Below, piece by piece: positions 49,784 through 59,374 of a stretch of DNA of 64,000 nt. Below the pieces are notes generated by a model, which searched no databases, was not told the DNA's origin, and saw only the letters and a program-made list of their open reading frames with translations. Origin of the DNA: Aerococcus sp. (GTDB lineage Bacteria; Bacillota; Bacilli; Lactobacillales; Aerococcaceae); the NCBI GenBank assembly GCA_030528155.1, contig JAUMZL010000006.1, positions 2,907-66,906 of the forward strand, given 5' to 3'. The position numbers were made by a program, and so were the translations under genes. The stretch's first letter is position 1, and each line of letters opens with the position of its first letter.

Positions 49784-50329
49784 ATGCGAATCGATGAACT
49801 CTATGCCAAGTTGAATGATTTTCGTTTTATAGAAAATTACTATGTTGCGATTAAACACTTCGGTGAGGATGATGAAGAAACTGCGATGCGTGTCTTGAAA
49901 CTCTATAGTGAGGCAGGTAAAATTGCAGAGGTTAATCTCGATGCCCCTTACATGCTGAGAACCACCTACTCACCATTCGGGGTGCTCACATCATTAGAAC
50001 GACAAGCACTATTGAAAGTATTGGTAGAATTTGCGATGACGCCGATTGAAAAACGTCAAAGTGAGGTTTATTTTGCCTATTTTAATGATCTGCATCACCT
50101 GCCGCATTTCATTAAACGCATGGCCAATCAGCGACTGATCGATGAAATGATTCCAATGGCGTACCTCAGAACGCTATCTGAGGAACAGTTGCAGAGCTAT
50201 TTGTTCACAACGAGTGAGATGGAGAGTTTTCCGAGGGACTACCAACCCCGTTTTACCCCGGATTCCTTTGTCAAAGTGAAATCATATGATGAAATGTTAA
50301 ATGAACTTGATGATCGTTTTAGTGATTAA
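49784..50329 (+). CDS. Hypothetical protein, phage-like sequence pattern
   Basis: AAGGGAG RBS; TGnTATAAT at 49692-49700; LVEFAMTPIEKR and C-terminal FTTSEM patterns recall Firmicute phage hypotheticals (from memory, unverified). Confidence 0.7.
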   Translation: MRIDELYAKLNDFRFIENYYVAIKHFGEDDEETAMRVLKLYSEAGKIAEVNLDAPYMLRTTYSPFGVLTSLERQALLKVLVEFAMTPIEKRQSEVYFAYFNDLHHLPHFIKRMANQRLIDEMIPMAYLRTLSEEQLQSYLFTTSEMESFPRDYQPRFTPDSFVKVKSYDEMLNELDDRFSD

Positions 50330-50337
50330 CGCTCATC

Positions 50338-51408
50338 ATGCAGTCAGTGAGGGAGAGTATGGAGAATAAGCGACAGGCACTGCTTGATGCCATCAAAGCA
50401 CATCACACCGGCGATATTGTAAAGGATATGCGCTACGTCACGGAAAAATTGCGTGGGCAGTTTGATGCTTTGCGCAACGATGACGAATTCCGCGAGCAAC
50501 TCGAGGCCATGCTGGTGGAATGGTATCCAGAACGTCACAATACGATCACGGAGATGTGGCGGGATTTGGCCGTACGCAGTGATGATGAATTTATTATGCG
50601 CATGTTTGGGCTAGTTCAGTCCGATCAGGCCACCCAAGCGCAATTCCAGATGAATCTATTTATTTGGGCAATGGAAGAAGAATTCCGTCAGTTCAAACCA
50701 AAATTTAATGAGAAATATCTCAGCATCTATGACAATATCGATCTTTTCGAATTCCACCTGCATGAATCTGCTGAGATGGAATTGAGAGTGACTGAGCGTA
50801 ATTATGCTGGGCTCTATATCACCTATGCGAAGATTTTATTAGCTGCCAATGAGTGGCAAGAAGCGGCGGAAGCCTATCAGCAGGCTTTGTTGTGGAATCC
50901 GTATGCAGTGGGAACGATTTTCGACTTAGCAGATCTCTATCAACAATTGAATCAATATGGGATGAGCTACGCGACCGCGTTGAGCGGGCTAAAAGTAGCG
51001 ATTCGTCCTGAAGATTTGGCGCGGGGATTCCATGCTTTAGGGAATTTCTACCGCAAAAAAGGCGAAGATCATATTGCTTATGGCTTCTATCAATTGAGCG
51101 ATTATTGGCATCCAACCAAGTCAGTTTCAGACCAGTTGCAGGAACTGCACTCATTAGCCGATGAAGCGGCATTAGATCTGACTGAAGATGGCGCGTCACG
51201 TGCTTTTCTGGCGCGTTACAATATTGGGAGCTACCCAAATCCGCACCATATGAATGCGTTGAAAGCTTTTGCGAGTCGGATGCTAGTGGCCAAGCAATAC
51301 CATGCGGCTTACACCTACTATTCCCTTTATCGCGAGTTGATGCGTGACCGGGAAACGGATGTCGATGAGATTCTTGCTGATTTAAAAGCGCGTTTGGCTG
51401 ACGCTTAA
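50338..51408 (+). CDS. TPR-repeat protein
   Basis: YAKILL..NEWQEAAEAYQQALLWNP; LARGFHALGNFYRKKG TPR-like helices. Confidence 0.75.
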   Translation: MQSVRESMENKRQALLDAIKAHHTGDIVKDMRYVTEKLRGQFDALRNDDEFREQLEAMLVEWYPERHNTITEMWRDLAVRSDDEFIMRMFGLVQSDQATQAQFQMNLFIWAMEEEFRQFKPKFNEKYLSIYDNIDLFEFHLHESAEMELRVTERNYAGLYITYAKILLAANEWQEAAEAYQQALLWNPYAVGTIFDLADLYQQLNQYGMSYATALSGLKVAIRPEDLARGFHALGNFYRKKGEDHIAYGFYQLSDYWHPTKSVSDQLQELHSLADEAALDLTEDGASRAFLARYNIGSYPNPHHMNALKAFASRMLVAKQYHAAYTYYSLYRELMRDRETDVDEILADLKARLADA

Positions 51409-51439
51409 GGCCACAACAAACGCCACCTAAAAAATAGCA

Positions 51440-51512
51440 AAAAAGCGCCTGAATGCGAAGTGAGTGCCTCTCCTTAATAGGGGAGCGGATTCACTTTGTG
51501 TTCAGGCGTTTT
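51440..51512. terminator. Bidirectional long-stem terminator
   Basis: GCGCCTGAATGCGAAGTGA/TCACTTTGTGTTCAGGCGT with inner CTCTCCT/AGGGGAG hairpin. Confidence 0.7.
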
Positions 51513-51514
51513 CG

Positions 51515-52363
51515 TTAGGAGTCGGATTTGCGTTCAATATCGTGGGGTGGGAAATGATAAAACTTGCTGAAGGCGCGGTAGAACGTGCTGTAGTCGTTAA
51601 AACCGGCTGCTTTCCAGGCGGCATTCACGCGTTGCCCTTGCTCAATCAGCCGATAAGCAAATTGCACACGCAGGAAAATCAAGCGTTGATGAATCGTGGA
51701 ATGATAATACATTTGAAAATTGCGATTGAGGGTTGAGGCGCTCGCTTTGAAGTAGTCCTCTAAATGATGCAGTGTGAGCGCTTGTTGAAAATGTTGTTCC
51801 AGGTAAGTGGCAATGTGCCGTGCCATTATTTCACGCTCATCAATCTGAATATGATTAAGTTCTTCGCTGAGGCGATAGCAGACTTCACCGAGCAGTTGAA
51901 TCACAATGCCGTAGCAGAGTTTCCGCTTGAGATCGGTGAGGGTACTCTGCTGCTGTCTTTTGAGCTGAAGGGTAATTTGAATGAGCCATTGCCAAATATC
52001 ATCGGAGAAGGTGATGATATGGAGCGATTGAAAAAGTTCGAGCATCTGTGGCGTATCAATGAAATCTTTTGCGATCGTTTCTAGATAGGTATCACCAATA
52101 GAGAGCAGATAACCGTACGTATTGGTAGATTTGCCTTCATTATCAGCCATTGTCTTTTCAACATTGAAAACCACCTCGCTCTGCTCCGGAATAACAAGCA
52201 CTTGCCTGGGAGCAATGACAGTTTCTTTGCCCATAAATTGCAGCGTAATCGGTTGTTGAATAAACATGAGCTCTTTGCGGTGGAAATAGGAGTGATTGTA
52301 TTGCCCCATTTGTTCGATGCCAATGGGAATGACCTTGATACGGTAGGGGGCTTCGCTAGCCAT
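51515..52363 (-). CDS. AraC-family transcriptional regulator
   Basis: C-terminal double HTH: YLEQHFQQALTL..L...F, AGFNDYSTFYRAFSK. Confidence 0.88.
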   Translation of the reverse strand: MASEAPYRIKVIPIGIEQMGQYNHSYFHRKELMFIQQPITLQFMGKETVIAPRQVLVIPEQSEVVFNVEKTMADNEGKSTNTYGYLLSIGDTYLETIAKDFIDTPQMLELFQSLHIITFSDDIWQWLIQITLQLKRQQQSTLTDLKRKLCYGIVIQLLGEVCYRLSEELNHIQIDEREIMARHIATYLEQHFQQALTLHHLEDYFKASASTLNRNFQMYYHSTIHQRLIFLRVQFAYRLIEQGQRVNAAWKAAGFNDYSTFYRAFSKFYHFPPHDIERKSDS

Positions 52364-52380
52364 GTTTACCCTCCTCTCTC

Positions 52381-53529
52381 TTAATGATAGACACGTTGGA
52401 CACGGGTGCTGATTCCGCAGAATACTTCATGAGCAATCGTGTTTAAATAATTACTGATGTCTTCTGCAGTATTAGTCACGCCACGGTTCGTACCGATAAT
52501 CGTGACCCGCGTTCCCACAGGCATCGCTTCGGGAAGACGAATCAGACATTGATCCATGCACACGCGCCCGACGATAGGACAGCGTTTGCCATTTGCAATG
52601 AGTTCAAAGCCGGTCAGTGCCCGGTTAAAGCCATCTGCATAGCCGATTGGTAGGGTAGCAATCCATTCGCCTTCGCTAGCCGTATAGGTCGCACCGTAAC
52701 TGATCGTTTCCCCTTCGTGCATTTGTTTCACAAAGTCCATCTTCGTTTCCCAAGTGAGGACCGGTTGTAAATCGAGATCGTCTGGTAATGCCATCGTTCC
52801 GTTAGAAGGATTGACTCCATAGAGGGCAATACCGAGGCGGGCGAAATCTAAGGTTTTGTCCGGTTGCCACACAGCCAGAGCAGAGTTCGAACGGTGGAAA
52901 AGTGGCTGATTCGGTAATTTGGAGAGATCGATCGTCGCTTCGAAGTGATCAAACCGCTCGCTCTGTTTATCGCTCAATGCGACTTCGCGCGCTGAATCGC
53001 CATCTGCTGTCGCATAATGCGTGAAAATCCCCTCTAAGATAAAGGCTTCAGGGTGTTCGGCAATAAAATCAACGATGGCTTGCCCCTCAGCTAGGGAACG
53101 AACACCGATCCGTCCCATCCCCGTATCTACTTTAAGATGTACATGCAAAGGAGGAAAAGTGTCAGATGCAGGGCGATTAGCCAAGGCGGCCTCTAACCAA
53201 GCCACGCTGCTGACCGTTACGCTGATATTTTCAGTGGCATGTAGCCAGGCATAACCTGGGTGAGTGATACCGAGAATCAGAATAGGAGCGGTAATTTCTG
53301 CTTGACGCAGCTCCAACGCCTCATCACTGATGGCAACGCAGAACCCATCTGCACCGATCGCATCAAGCGCTTTGGCAACGGGAATGGCGCCGTGACCATA
53401 CCCATCTGCCTTGACAACTGCCCAGACCTTAGCATGATGGGGAAGACGATTTTTAATGGTTAAATAATTATGTTGAAGCGCACTGTTACTGATAATACAG
53501 CGCGTGGAACGATGTTTTCCTGTCAGCAT
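52381..53529 (-). CDS. alr: Alanine racemase
   Basis: AVVKADGYGHG PLP-Lys, HLKVDTGMGRIG, PIGYADG, GRVCMDQ. Confidence 0.96.
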   Translation of the reverse strand: MLTGKHRSTRCIISNSALQHNYLTIKNRLPHHAKVWAVVKADGYGHGAIPVAKALDAIGADGFCVAISDEALELRQAEITAPILILGITHPGYAWLHATENISVTVSSVAWLEAALANRPASDTFPPLHVHLKVDTGMGRIGVRSLAEGQAIVDFIAEHPEAFILEGIFTHYATADGDSAREVALSDKQSERFDHFEATIDLSKLPNQPLFHRSNSALAVWQPDKTLDFARLGIALYGVNPSNGTMALPDDLDLQPVLTWETKMDFVKQMHEGETISYGATYTASEGEWIATLPIGYADGFNRALTGFELIANGKRCPIVGRVCMDQCLIRLPEAMPVGTRVTIIGTNRGVTNTAEDISNYLNTIAHEVFCGISTRVQRVYH

Positions 53530-53661
53530 GAAAAAAGAAAACTCCTTTCAAGGATGATATGAGCCATTGTAGCACTATTGAAAAACGTCCCACTGATTAC
53601 TAGTAGGATTTATGGTAAATTTATGCTAATCTTAAGGCAACATGGTATTGGAGGTGACAGT

Positions 53662-54024
53662 GTGAAGCGAGAAACTTATCGGCAAGAACTGAAGAAGCTG
53701 GAGCGAGAGAAGCGCCAACAGAAATCAACAACGACACATGTGTTGGAGCAGAAAACAACGACATTTAAGCGGGAAGATTTTCAACCCATCGACCAACAGC
53801 ACACTGACGCCGATCTTAATCGCCTGAATACTACGGAAATTTTTTATGAAGAACAGAAAAAACGCCAATGGTTTTGGTCGAACGCGGATAGCTTCGGGAA
53901 GCGTGTCGCTTTGGTTTTATTGGTCGTATTTGCGGCTCTCCTTGCACTGATCATGTTTCCAGTTATTGTCGACTTGTTCCGTGGAGTCTTTCATTATGGC
54001 TATGGGATTTTTCCCCGTCTTTAG
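53662..54024 (+). CDS. Small membrane-anchored hypothetical protein (120 aa, GTG start)
   Basis: GGAGG RBS; charged Thr-rich N-terminus; one C-terminal TM. Confidence 0.7.
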   Translation: MKRETYRQELKKLEREKRQQKSTTTHVLEQKTTTFKREDFQPIDQQHTDADLNRLNTTEIFYEEQKKRQWFWSNADSFGKRVALVLLVVFAALLALIMFPVIVDLFRGVFHYGYGIFPRL

Positions 54025-54160
54025 TAGAAGAGAATTCAAAGCTTTGTATTCATCAAACTGAGCACTGGATTTTTTGCCTTTAATAGGGAGGCGCTGGCAA
54101 CTTGAATGGGTCTGTTAGTGCTGGCTTTCTCTGAACCTTAATAGCAGGGAATGGATGCGC

Positions 54161-54202
54161 ACTGATTGGGAAAAAGCTTTGACTGATTGGGAAAAGATTT
54201 GG
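54161..54202. repeat. Imperfect 21-bp tandem repeat
   Basis: ACTGATTGGGAAAA at 54161 and 54182. Confidence 0.6.
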
Positions 54203-54421
54203 AAAATATTCAGTAAATTATGAAGAGGGATGGAAAACGGCTCTTGGCTAAAATAAGCAGACTAGACGGAGATCGTAATGGGAAAATACTGGTCACTTCG
54301 TATGAAGTCACTGTTGATCAGGCCTGCAGAAGCTAAATAGCAGGTGTTGGCAAATGATGCTAGTCATCTGAAATCGAGAGAAATAACCCTTTTCCAAAAC
54401 GATACGCATGAATAACATAAG

Positions 54422-54464
54422 AAAAGAGCGGCTCAGCGAGTGAATCAGCTGGGCCGCTCTTTTT
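54422..54464 (-). terminator. Terminator after pepQ
   Basis: AAAAGAGCGGCTCAGC/GCTGGGCCGCTCTTTT. Confidence 0.75.
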
Positions 54465-54470
54465 AAATGA

Positions 54471-55583
54471 CTATTCAGGTTTTGTTTTTGGTTCGATAAT
54501 TTGCAGTTCTTTCGTGTAGTGGTTGAGGACTTCAGGGCCATCTGGTTGAGCGATTAAGAGGTCTTCAATCCGCACAGCCGTGTTGCCTGGGAGATAGATG
54601 CCTGGTTCCACAGAGAAGCAGTTTCCGCTCTCAATCAGAGTATCGTTGACGCTGGACACATCGCCGTGTTCATGTGTTTCACGACCGATGAAGTGGCCGA
54701 TACGATGGGTGAAGTACTGGCCGTAACCTTGTTCGGTAATGTAATCACGCCCTGCCAAATCGACGCTAGAGAGTGGCGCACCCACTTTAGCCGCTTTGAG
54801 GCCACGTTCTTGCGCTTCCAGAGTGATTTGGTAAACTTTTTTCGCTTCTTCGCTCGGCTCACCGTAATAAACGGTTCGCGTCATATCAGAGCAGTAGAAA
54901 TCATTGCGGCAACCCACATCGATAACAACGGCATCCCCGTATTGTGGACGCGAGTCATCACTTTCATGGTGCGGATCAGCCCCATTTGCCCCGTATGCAA
55001 CGATTGGATCAAAGCTAAAGCCCTGGTTAGCGCCTTCTTCTTTATAAATGCGCAATAATTCATCACAAGCCTCTAATTCACTGACCCCATATGGAATGAC
55101 TTCCTTGATCAAACGTTCGATCGCGCGGTCATTGATCTGTGAAGCGAGACGCATTTTTTCCTGCTCTTCAGCGGTCTTCACAGCACGCTGATTGTCCACC
55201 AGTTCACTGGCAACTTTGAAGGAAAATTGTGGGAAGGCTTCGATCAATGGCAGGAGATGATCGGCAATGAGGCGTTTGTCTACACCAATTGCCCGTGGTT
55301 CGTCCTCAGGCAGCAGACCGGTTTCCTTGAAACAAGCCAGCGGTTCATCTCCGTCTTTTACCCATAGGACATCGACATCGCTCGGTTCGTCGAAGACAAA
55401 AAGTTCATTCGCAATGAGCGTTGGTGTGCCATCGATTGGGACGAGGAACAACCAGAGGCGTTCGAGCGGATCGAACTCAATGTTCAGATAGTAAGAAATA
55501 GCTGCCGGATCACTGATGATCATCAAATCCAAACCAGCAGTCTGTAAGTGCTGGCGCAGCGTTGTTAATTTATCAACGGACAT
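54471..55583 (-). CDS. pepQ: Xaa-Pro dipeptidase (M24)
   Basis: ADPHH, IDVG....YCSDMTRT, HRIGHFIG..THE, FSVEPGIY, VRIED; AGGAGGAG RBS. Confidence 0.88.
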   Translation of the reverse strand: MSVDKLTTLRQHLQTAGLDLMIISDPAAISYYLNIEFDPLERLWLFLVPIDGTPTLIANELFVFDEPSDVDVLWVKDGDEPLACFKETGLLPEDEPRAIGVDKRLIADHLLPLIEAFPQFSFKVASELVDNQRAVKTAEEQEKMRLASQINDRAIERLIKEVIPYGVSELEACDELLRIYKEEGANQGFSFDPIVAYGANGADPHHESDDSRPQYGDAVVIDVGCRNDFYCSDMTRTVYYGEPSEEAKKVYQITLEAQERGLKAAKVGAPLSSVDLAGRDYITEQGYGQYFTHRIGHFIGRETHEHGDVSSVNDTLIESGNCFSVEPGIYLPGNTAVRIEDLLIAQPDGPEVLNHYTKELQIIEPKTKPE

Positions 55584-56241
55584 GTACAATCACTCCTCCT
55601 AATAGATTAGCTAAATTATATCACGAATACGGGGGAAGGGAAATTGGAGAAAGTGTTTTCACAAACTTGAGAAACCTATGATTAGATTGGCAAAAAGATG
55701 AATCTCTGGCTTTATGATAGAAAAAATGACATAAGAGAATAAATAAAAAATGGTTGGGGGTGGTAAAATCGAAAAAAATGAGTATAATTAAAGCAAAATA
55801 ACCGGCGAAAACCTTGATATAATAAGGGTTTATCAGATTTAAGCGTTTTTGATAATAATTTGTCAAAATAATTAACATTTGTGTGTGGAGGAGACAAATG
55901 TCACTTTAAGTACAGACGATTGAAGGAGGATCGTGAGTTAGGACGTGTCTTTTAGCCTTAATTTAACAAAAGCGCAGATCATAACACAGCAATCGCGATG
56001 AAAATGTGGTGGATCCGACATTTTTCAAGATTATCAGTCGAGTTTTTTAGAAAAAGTTTAAAAGTATCGTTGAAATCTTTTTTAAGATAGTGTAAAGTAT
56101 CATTTAATCACATTCAAAGTGCTGACAAGTCTACTTAGTTCGGCATTTAAAAATTTTAAGGCAAAGGTTTGAAATTGTCTGCCTATATCACTGGGTAAAA
56201 AATGCGGTGAAAGAAAGGCAAGAGGGCAGTTTGCTACTTTA

Positions 56242-56256
56242 AAAAGTCTGAAAATT
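56242..56256. promoter_or_regulatory. Possible CodY box upstream of opp
   Basis: AAAAGTCTGAAAATT, 3 mismatches to AATTTTCWGAAAATT, in an AT-rich region. Confidence 0.3.
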
Positions 56257-56427
56257 TTTAAAAGAATTACTTGATGTAAGTCTTGAATGTGTAGTCAATG
56301 AAAGTAGCTCGTAAAAGCGAGTGAGAGCGATGAAGGCCAAACGGCGGGGATGTTAGGAAGCTTAACATTCCTCAGCGACGCAGCGTCATGTGTCGGGATT
56401 CATTGAATAAGAGAGGATGTCACGCCA

Positions 56428-57432
56428 ATGAATCATGAGAAGTTATTAGAGGTGAAAAACCTCGACACAGCGTATCGGTTTGGAGACGATTACTACAATG
56501 CTGTCGATAATGTGTCTTTGACACTGCATCGTAATGAAGTATTAGCAATCGTAGGAGAGTCCGGATGTGGGAAGAGTACGCTAGCAACAGCGGTAATGGG
56601 ATTGCATAATCCACAAAATACACGGCTGTCCGGTGAAGTGCTCTACAACGGACGCAATTTATTGGAATACACAGAAGACGAATATAACGATATTCGTGGG
56701 AAGGAAATCGGAATGATTTTCCAGGATCCGTTGGGGTCTTTGAACCCATTGATGCGCGTCGGTGATCAAGTTGCCGAAGCGTTATTCTACCATTCCGATA
56801 AGACAAAACAGGAACGCTATGACCGTGTCATTGAATTGTTAGATCGCGTTCAAATTGTCAATCCCGAACGTGTCTACCGCCAATATCCCCATGAATTATC
56901 AGGGGGGATGCGGCAGCGGATCGTTATCGCGATTGCTCTGGCGAATGACCCTAATATTATTATTGCGGATGAACCAACAACAGCGTTGGATGTGATCATT
57001 CAGGCGGAAATTTTACGCTTGATGAAAGACATCGAACACAAGAGTAATTCAGGAATTATTCTGATTACGCATGACTTGGGCGTTGTAGCTCAAATGGCTG
57101 ACCGCGTCGCCGTAATGTACGCCGGTGAAGTGGTGGAAGAAGCCGATGTCGTTGAGCTTTATGAAAATCCGCTCCATCCTTATACACGTTCGCTATTGCG
57201 TTCGATTCCGCAGAATTTGGATGATGATGATGAACGCAACGAACTGCATGTGATTCAAGGAACCGTACCATCATTGCGCAATATGCCGCGCCACGGGTGT
57301 CGGTTTGCACCGCGTATTCCTTGGACACCAGCGAACGCACACGAAGAAAACCCAACCTTGCATGAAGTCACACCAGGACATCTGGTTCGCTGCACGTGCT
57401 GGAAGCATTTTGAATTTAAAGATGGTGAATAA
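56428..57432 (+). CDS. oppD: Oligopeptide ABC ATPase
   Basis: GESGCGKS, YPHELSGGMRQR, HPYTRSLL, C-terminal Cys motif. Confidence 0.93.
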   Translation: MNHEKLLEVKNLDTAYRFGDDYYNAVDNVSLTLHRNEVLAIVGESGCGKSTLATAVMGLHNPQNTRLSGEVLYNGRNLLEYTEDEYNDIRGKEIGMIFQDPLGSLNPLMRVGDQVAEALFYHSDKTKQERYDRVIELLDRVQIVNPERVYRQYPHELSGGMRQRIVIAIALANDPNIIIADEPTTALDVIIQAEILRLMKDIEHKSNSGIILITHDLGVVAQMADRVAVMYAGEVVEEADVVELYENPLHPYTRSLLRSIPQNLDDDDERNELHVIQGTVPSLRNMPRHGCRFAPRIPWTPANAHEENPTLHEVTPGHLVRCTCWKHFEFKDGE

Positions 57433-57434
57433 TT

Positions 57435-58400
57435 ATGGGAGTAATCGATCTAAAAAATCTAAAAGTTTATTTCCCTATTCGTGGTGGTTTTTTCAACACC
57501 GTTAAAGACTGGGTCTATGCGGTAGATGACGTCACGATGAGCATTGAAGCCGGTAAAACATACGGCTTGATCGGGGAATCCGGTTCCGGTAAAACAACGA
57601 TCGGACGTGCCATTGTCGGACTAGAGAGCATCTCGGGGGGACAAATTCTCTACGAAGGTCAAGACGTGACTGGACATGCTCGCGGTCGTAAGGGATTGAT
57701 GAAGGAATACAACCGTTCAGTACAGATGATTTTCCAAGATTCGGCTTCCGCTTTGAATCCGAAGAAACGCATTTATGACGTGATTAAGGAGCCGATCGTT
57801 AATTACGCGGATGAACGCCTGTCTGAACCGCAAATTAAAAACCGCATCATCGAATTACTAGAGATTGTTGGTTTAAATGAAGGGTCACTCTACAAATACC
57901 CCCACGAATTTTCTGGTGGACAACGCCAACGGATCGGGGTCGCGCGGGCCGTGGCAAGTAATCCTAAATTGATTATTGCTGATGAACCGACGAGTGCTCT
58001 GGATGTTTCCGTTCAAGCACAGGTATTGAACTTTATGAAACAGATCCAAAATGAATATAACATCAGCTACCTGTTCATTAGCCACGACTTAGGGGTAGTA
58101 GAACACATGGCTGACGATATTGCGATCATGCATCATGGCCGTTTCGTAGAACAGGGCGTACGGCGCGAGATTTTCGATAATCCGCTCCACATCTACACCA
58201 AACGCCTATTAGCAGCGATTCCTCAAGTCAATCCGCATCTGCGTCATGAAATTATTGAACGCCAACAAGCGGTAGCCATTGAGAGTGAGCGGGATCATTC
58301 CCTCTACTATGACCAGAATGATCGGGCTTACGATCTGACCCATCTCTCAAAAGAGCACTGGGTGGCCTTAGATCCAAATCAAGATTGGGGGAATCACTAA
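57435..58400 (+). CDS. oppF: Oligopeptide ABC ATPase
   Basis: GESGSGKT, YPHEFSGGQRQR, DEPTSALDVSVQAQ. Confidence 0.93.
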   Translation: MGVIDLKNLKVYFPIRGGFFNTVKDWVYAVDDVTMSIEAGKTYGLIGESGSGKTTIGRAIVGLESISGGQILYEGQDVTGHARGRKGLMKEYNRSVQMIFQDSASALNPKKRIYDVIKEPIVNYADERLSEPQIKNRIIELLEIVGLNEGSLYKYPHEFSGGQRQRIGVARAVASNPKLIIADEPTSALDVSVQAQVLNFMKQIQNEYNISYLFISHDLGVVEHMADDIAIMHHGRFVEQGVRREIFDNPLHIYTKRLLAAIPQVNPHLRHEIIERQQAVAIESERDHSLYYDQNDRAYDLTHLSKEHWVALDPNQDWGNH

Positions 58401-59362
58401 TGTGGAAAACAGTCGTACGGCGGATTCTCATTATGATTCCGCAGATTATCATCTTAAGTGTATTGATCTTTATGATTGCGAAAATGATGCCAGGGGACCC
58501 CTTCACTGGGAAGGTTGATCCTAATACCGATCCCGCTCAGATTGAAGCGTTACGGGCAGAACTAGGATTGAATGATCCATGGTGGCAACAATATGTGCGT
58601 TGGGTCCAAAACGTGTTCCATGGCGATTTTGGTCAGAGTTTTACCTTTAAGGTACCAGTTATTCAATTACTGGGTGAACGGATTGGAAACACCATCTGGC
58701 TATCCATTCTGTCGTTAATTCTGACTTATATGTTGGCCTTGCCTTTGGGGTTATTGGCAGGACGATACAACGGGTCACGTTTGGATCGTTTCGTTACCTT
58801 CTATAACTACCTCAGCTACTCTATCCCAACCTTCGTTTTGGGGTTGCTGTTCTTGTGGCTGTTTGGTTACAACATGGGGTGGTTCCCAACAGGGGGGTCG
58901 GTTGATCTGGGTGTGGTACCAGGCACGATTCAATATGTTGCCAATCGCTTCTATCATATGTTGCTGCCAGCAATCACCTATGCGTTGCTCGGGACAACAG
59001 GGATTGTTCAATACCTAAGAAGTGAAGTTGTGGATGCCAAACAGGAAGACTACGTAAAAACAGCACGTTCTAAAGGGGTACCGGTAGAAAAAGTGTATAC
59101 GAAACACATCTTCCGCAATGCTATTTTGCCAGTAGCTTCCTCATTTGGGTATGAAATTACCGGGTTGATCGGTGGGTCTGTCTTCATTGAGCAGATCTTT
59201 GCCTACCCAGGCATGGGGCAACTCTTTATTCAGTCGATCACGAGTCGTGACTACTCTGTCGTTTTGGCCGTGATGTTACTAACCGGGATCATGGTACTGT
59301 TCGGGACATTGCTCTCCGACATTATTTTGAGTATCGTCGATCCACGAATTCGGATTGAATAG
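58400..59362 (+). CDS. oppB: Oligopeptide ABC permease
   Basis: MMPGDP, GLNDPWWQQY, DYVKTARSKG, DPRIR. Confidence 0.93.
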   Translation: MWKTVVRRILIMIPQIIILSVLIFMIAKMMPGDPFTGKVDPNTDPAQIEALRAELGLNDPWWQQYVRWVQNVFHGDFGQSFTFKVPVIQLLGERIGNTIWLSILSLILTYMLALPLGLLAGRYNGSRLDRFVTFYNYLSYSIPTFVLGLLFLWLFGYNMGWFPTGGSVDLGVVPGTIQYVANRFYHMLLPAITYALLGTTGIVQYLRSEVVDAKQEDYVKTARSKGVPVEKVYTKHIFRNAILPVASSFGYEITGLIGGSVFIEQIFAYPGMGQLFIQSITSRDYSVVLAVMLLTGIMVLFGTLLSDIILSIVDPRIRIE

Positions 59363-59374
59363 GGGGTGGATCGA

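Noticed and set aside
56084-56097. 14-mer AAGATAGTGTAAAG shared with the kdp promoter (994-1007), suggesting KdpE control of opp
   Set aside because: Several chance 14-mer matches are expected in 64 kb, the word is AT-rich, and here it overlaps a plain -10 region without the second TAAAG repeat
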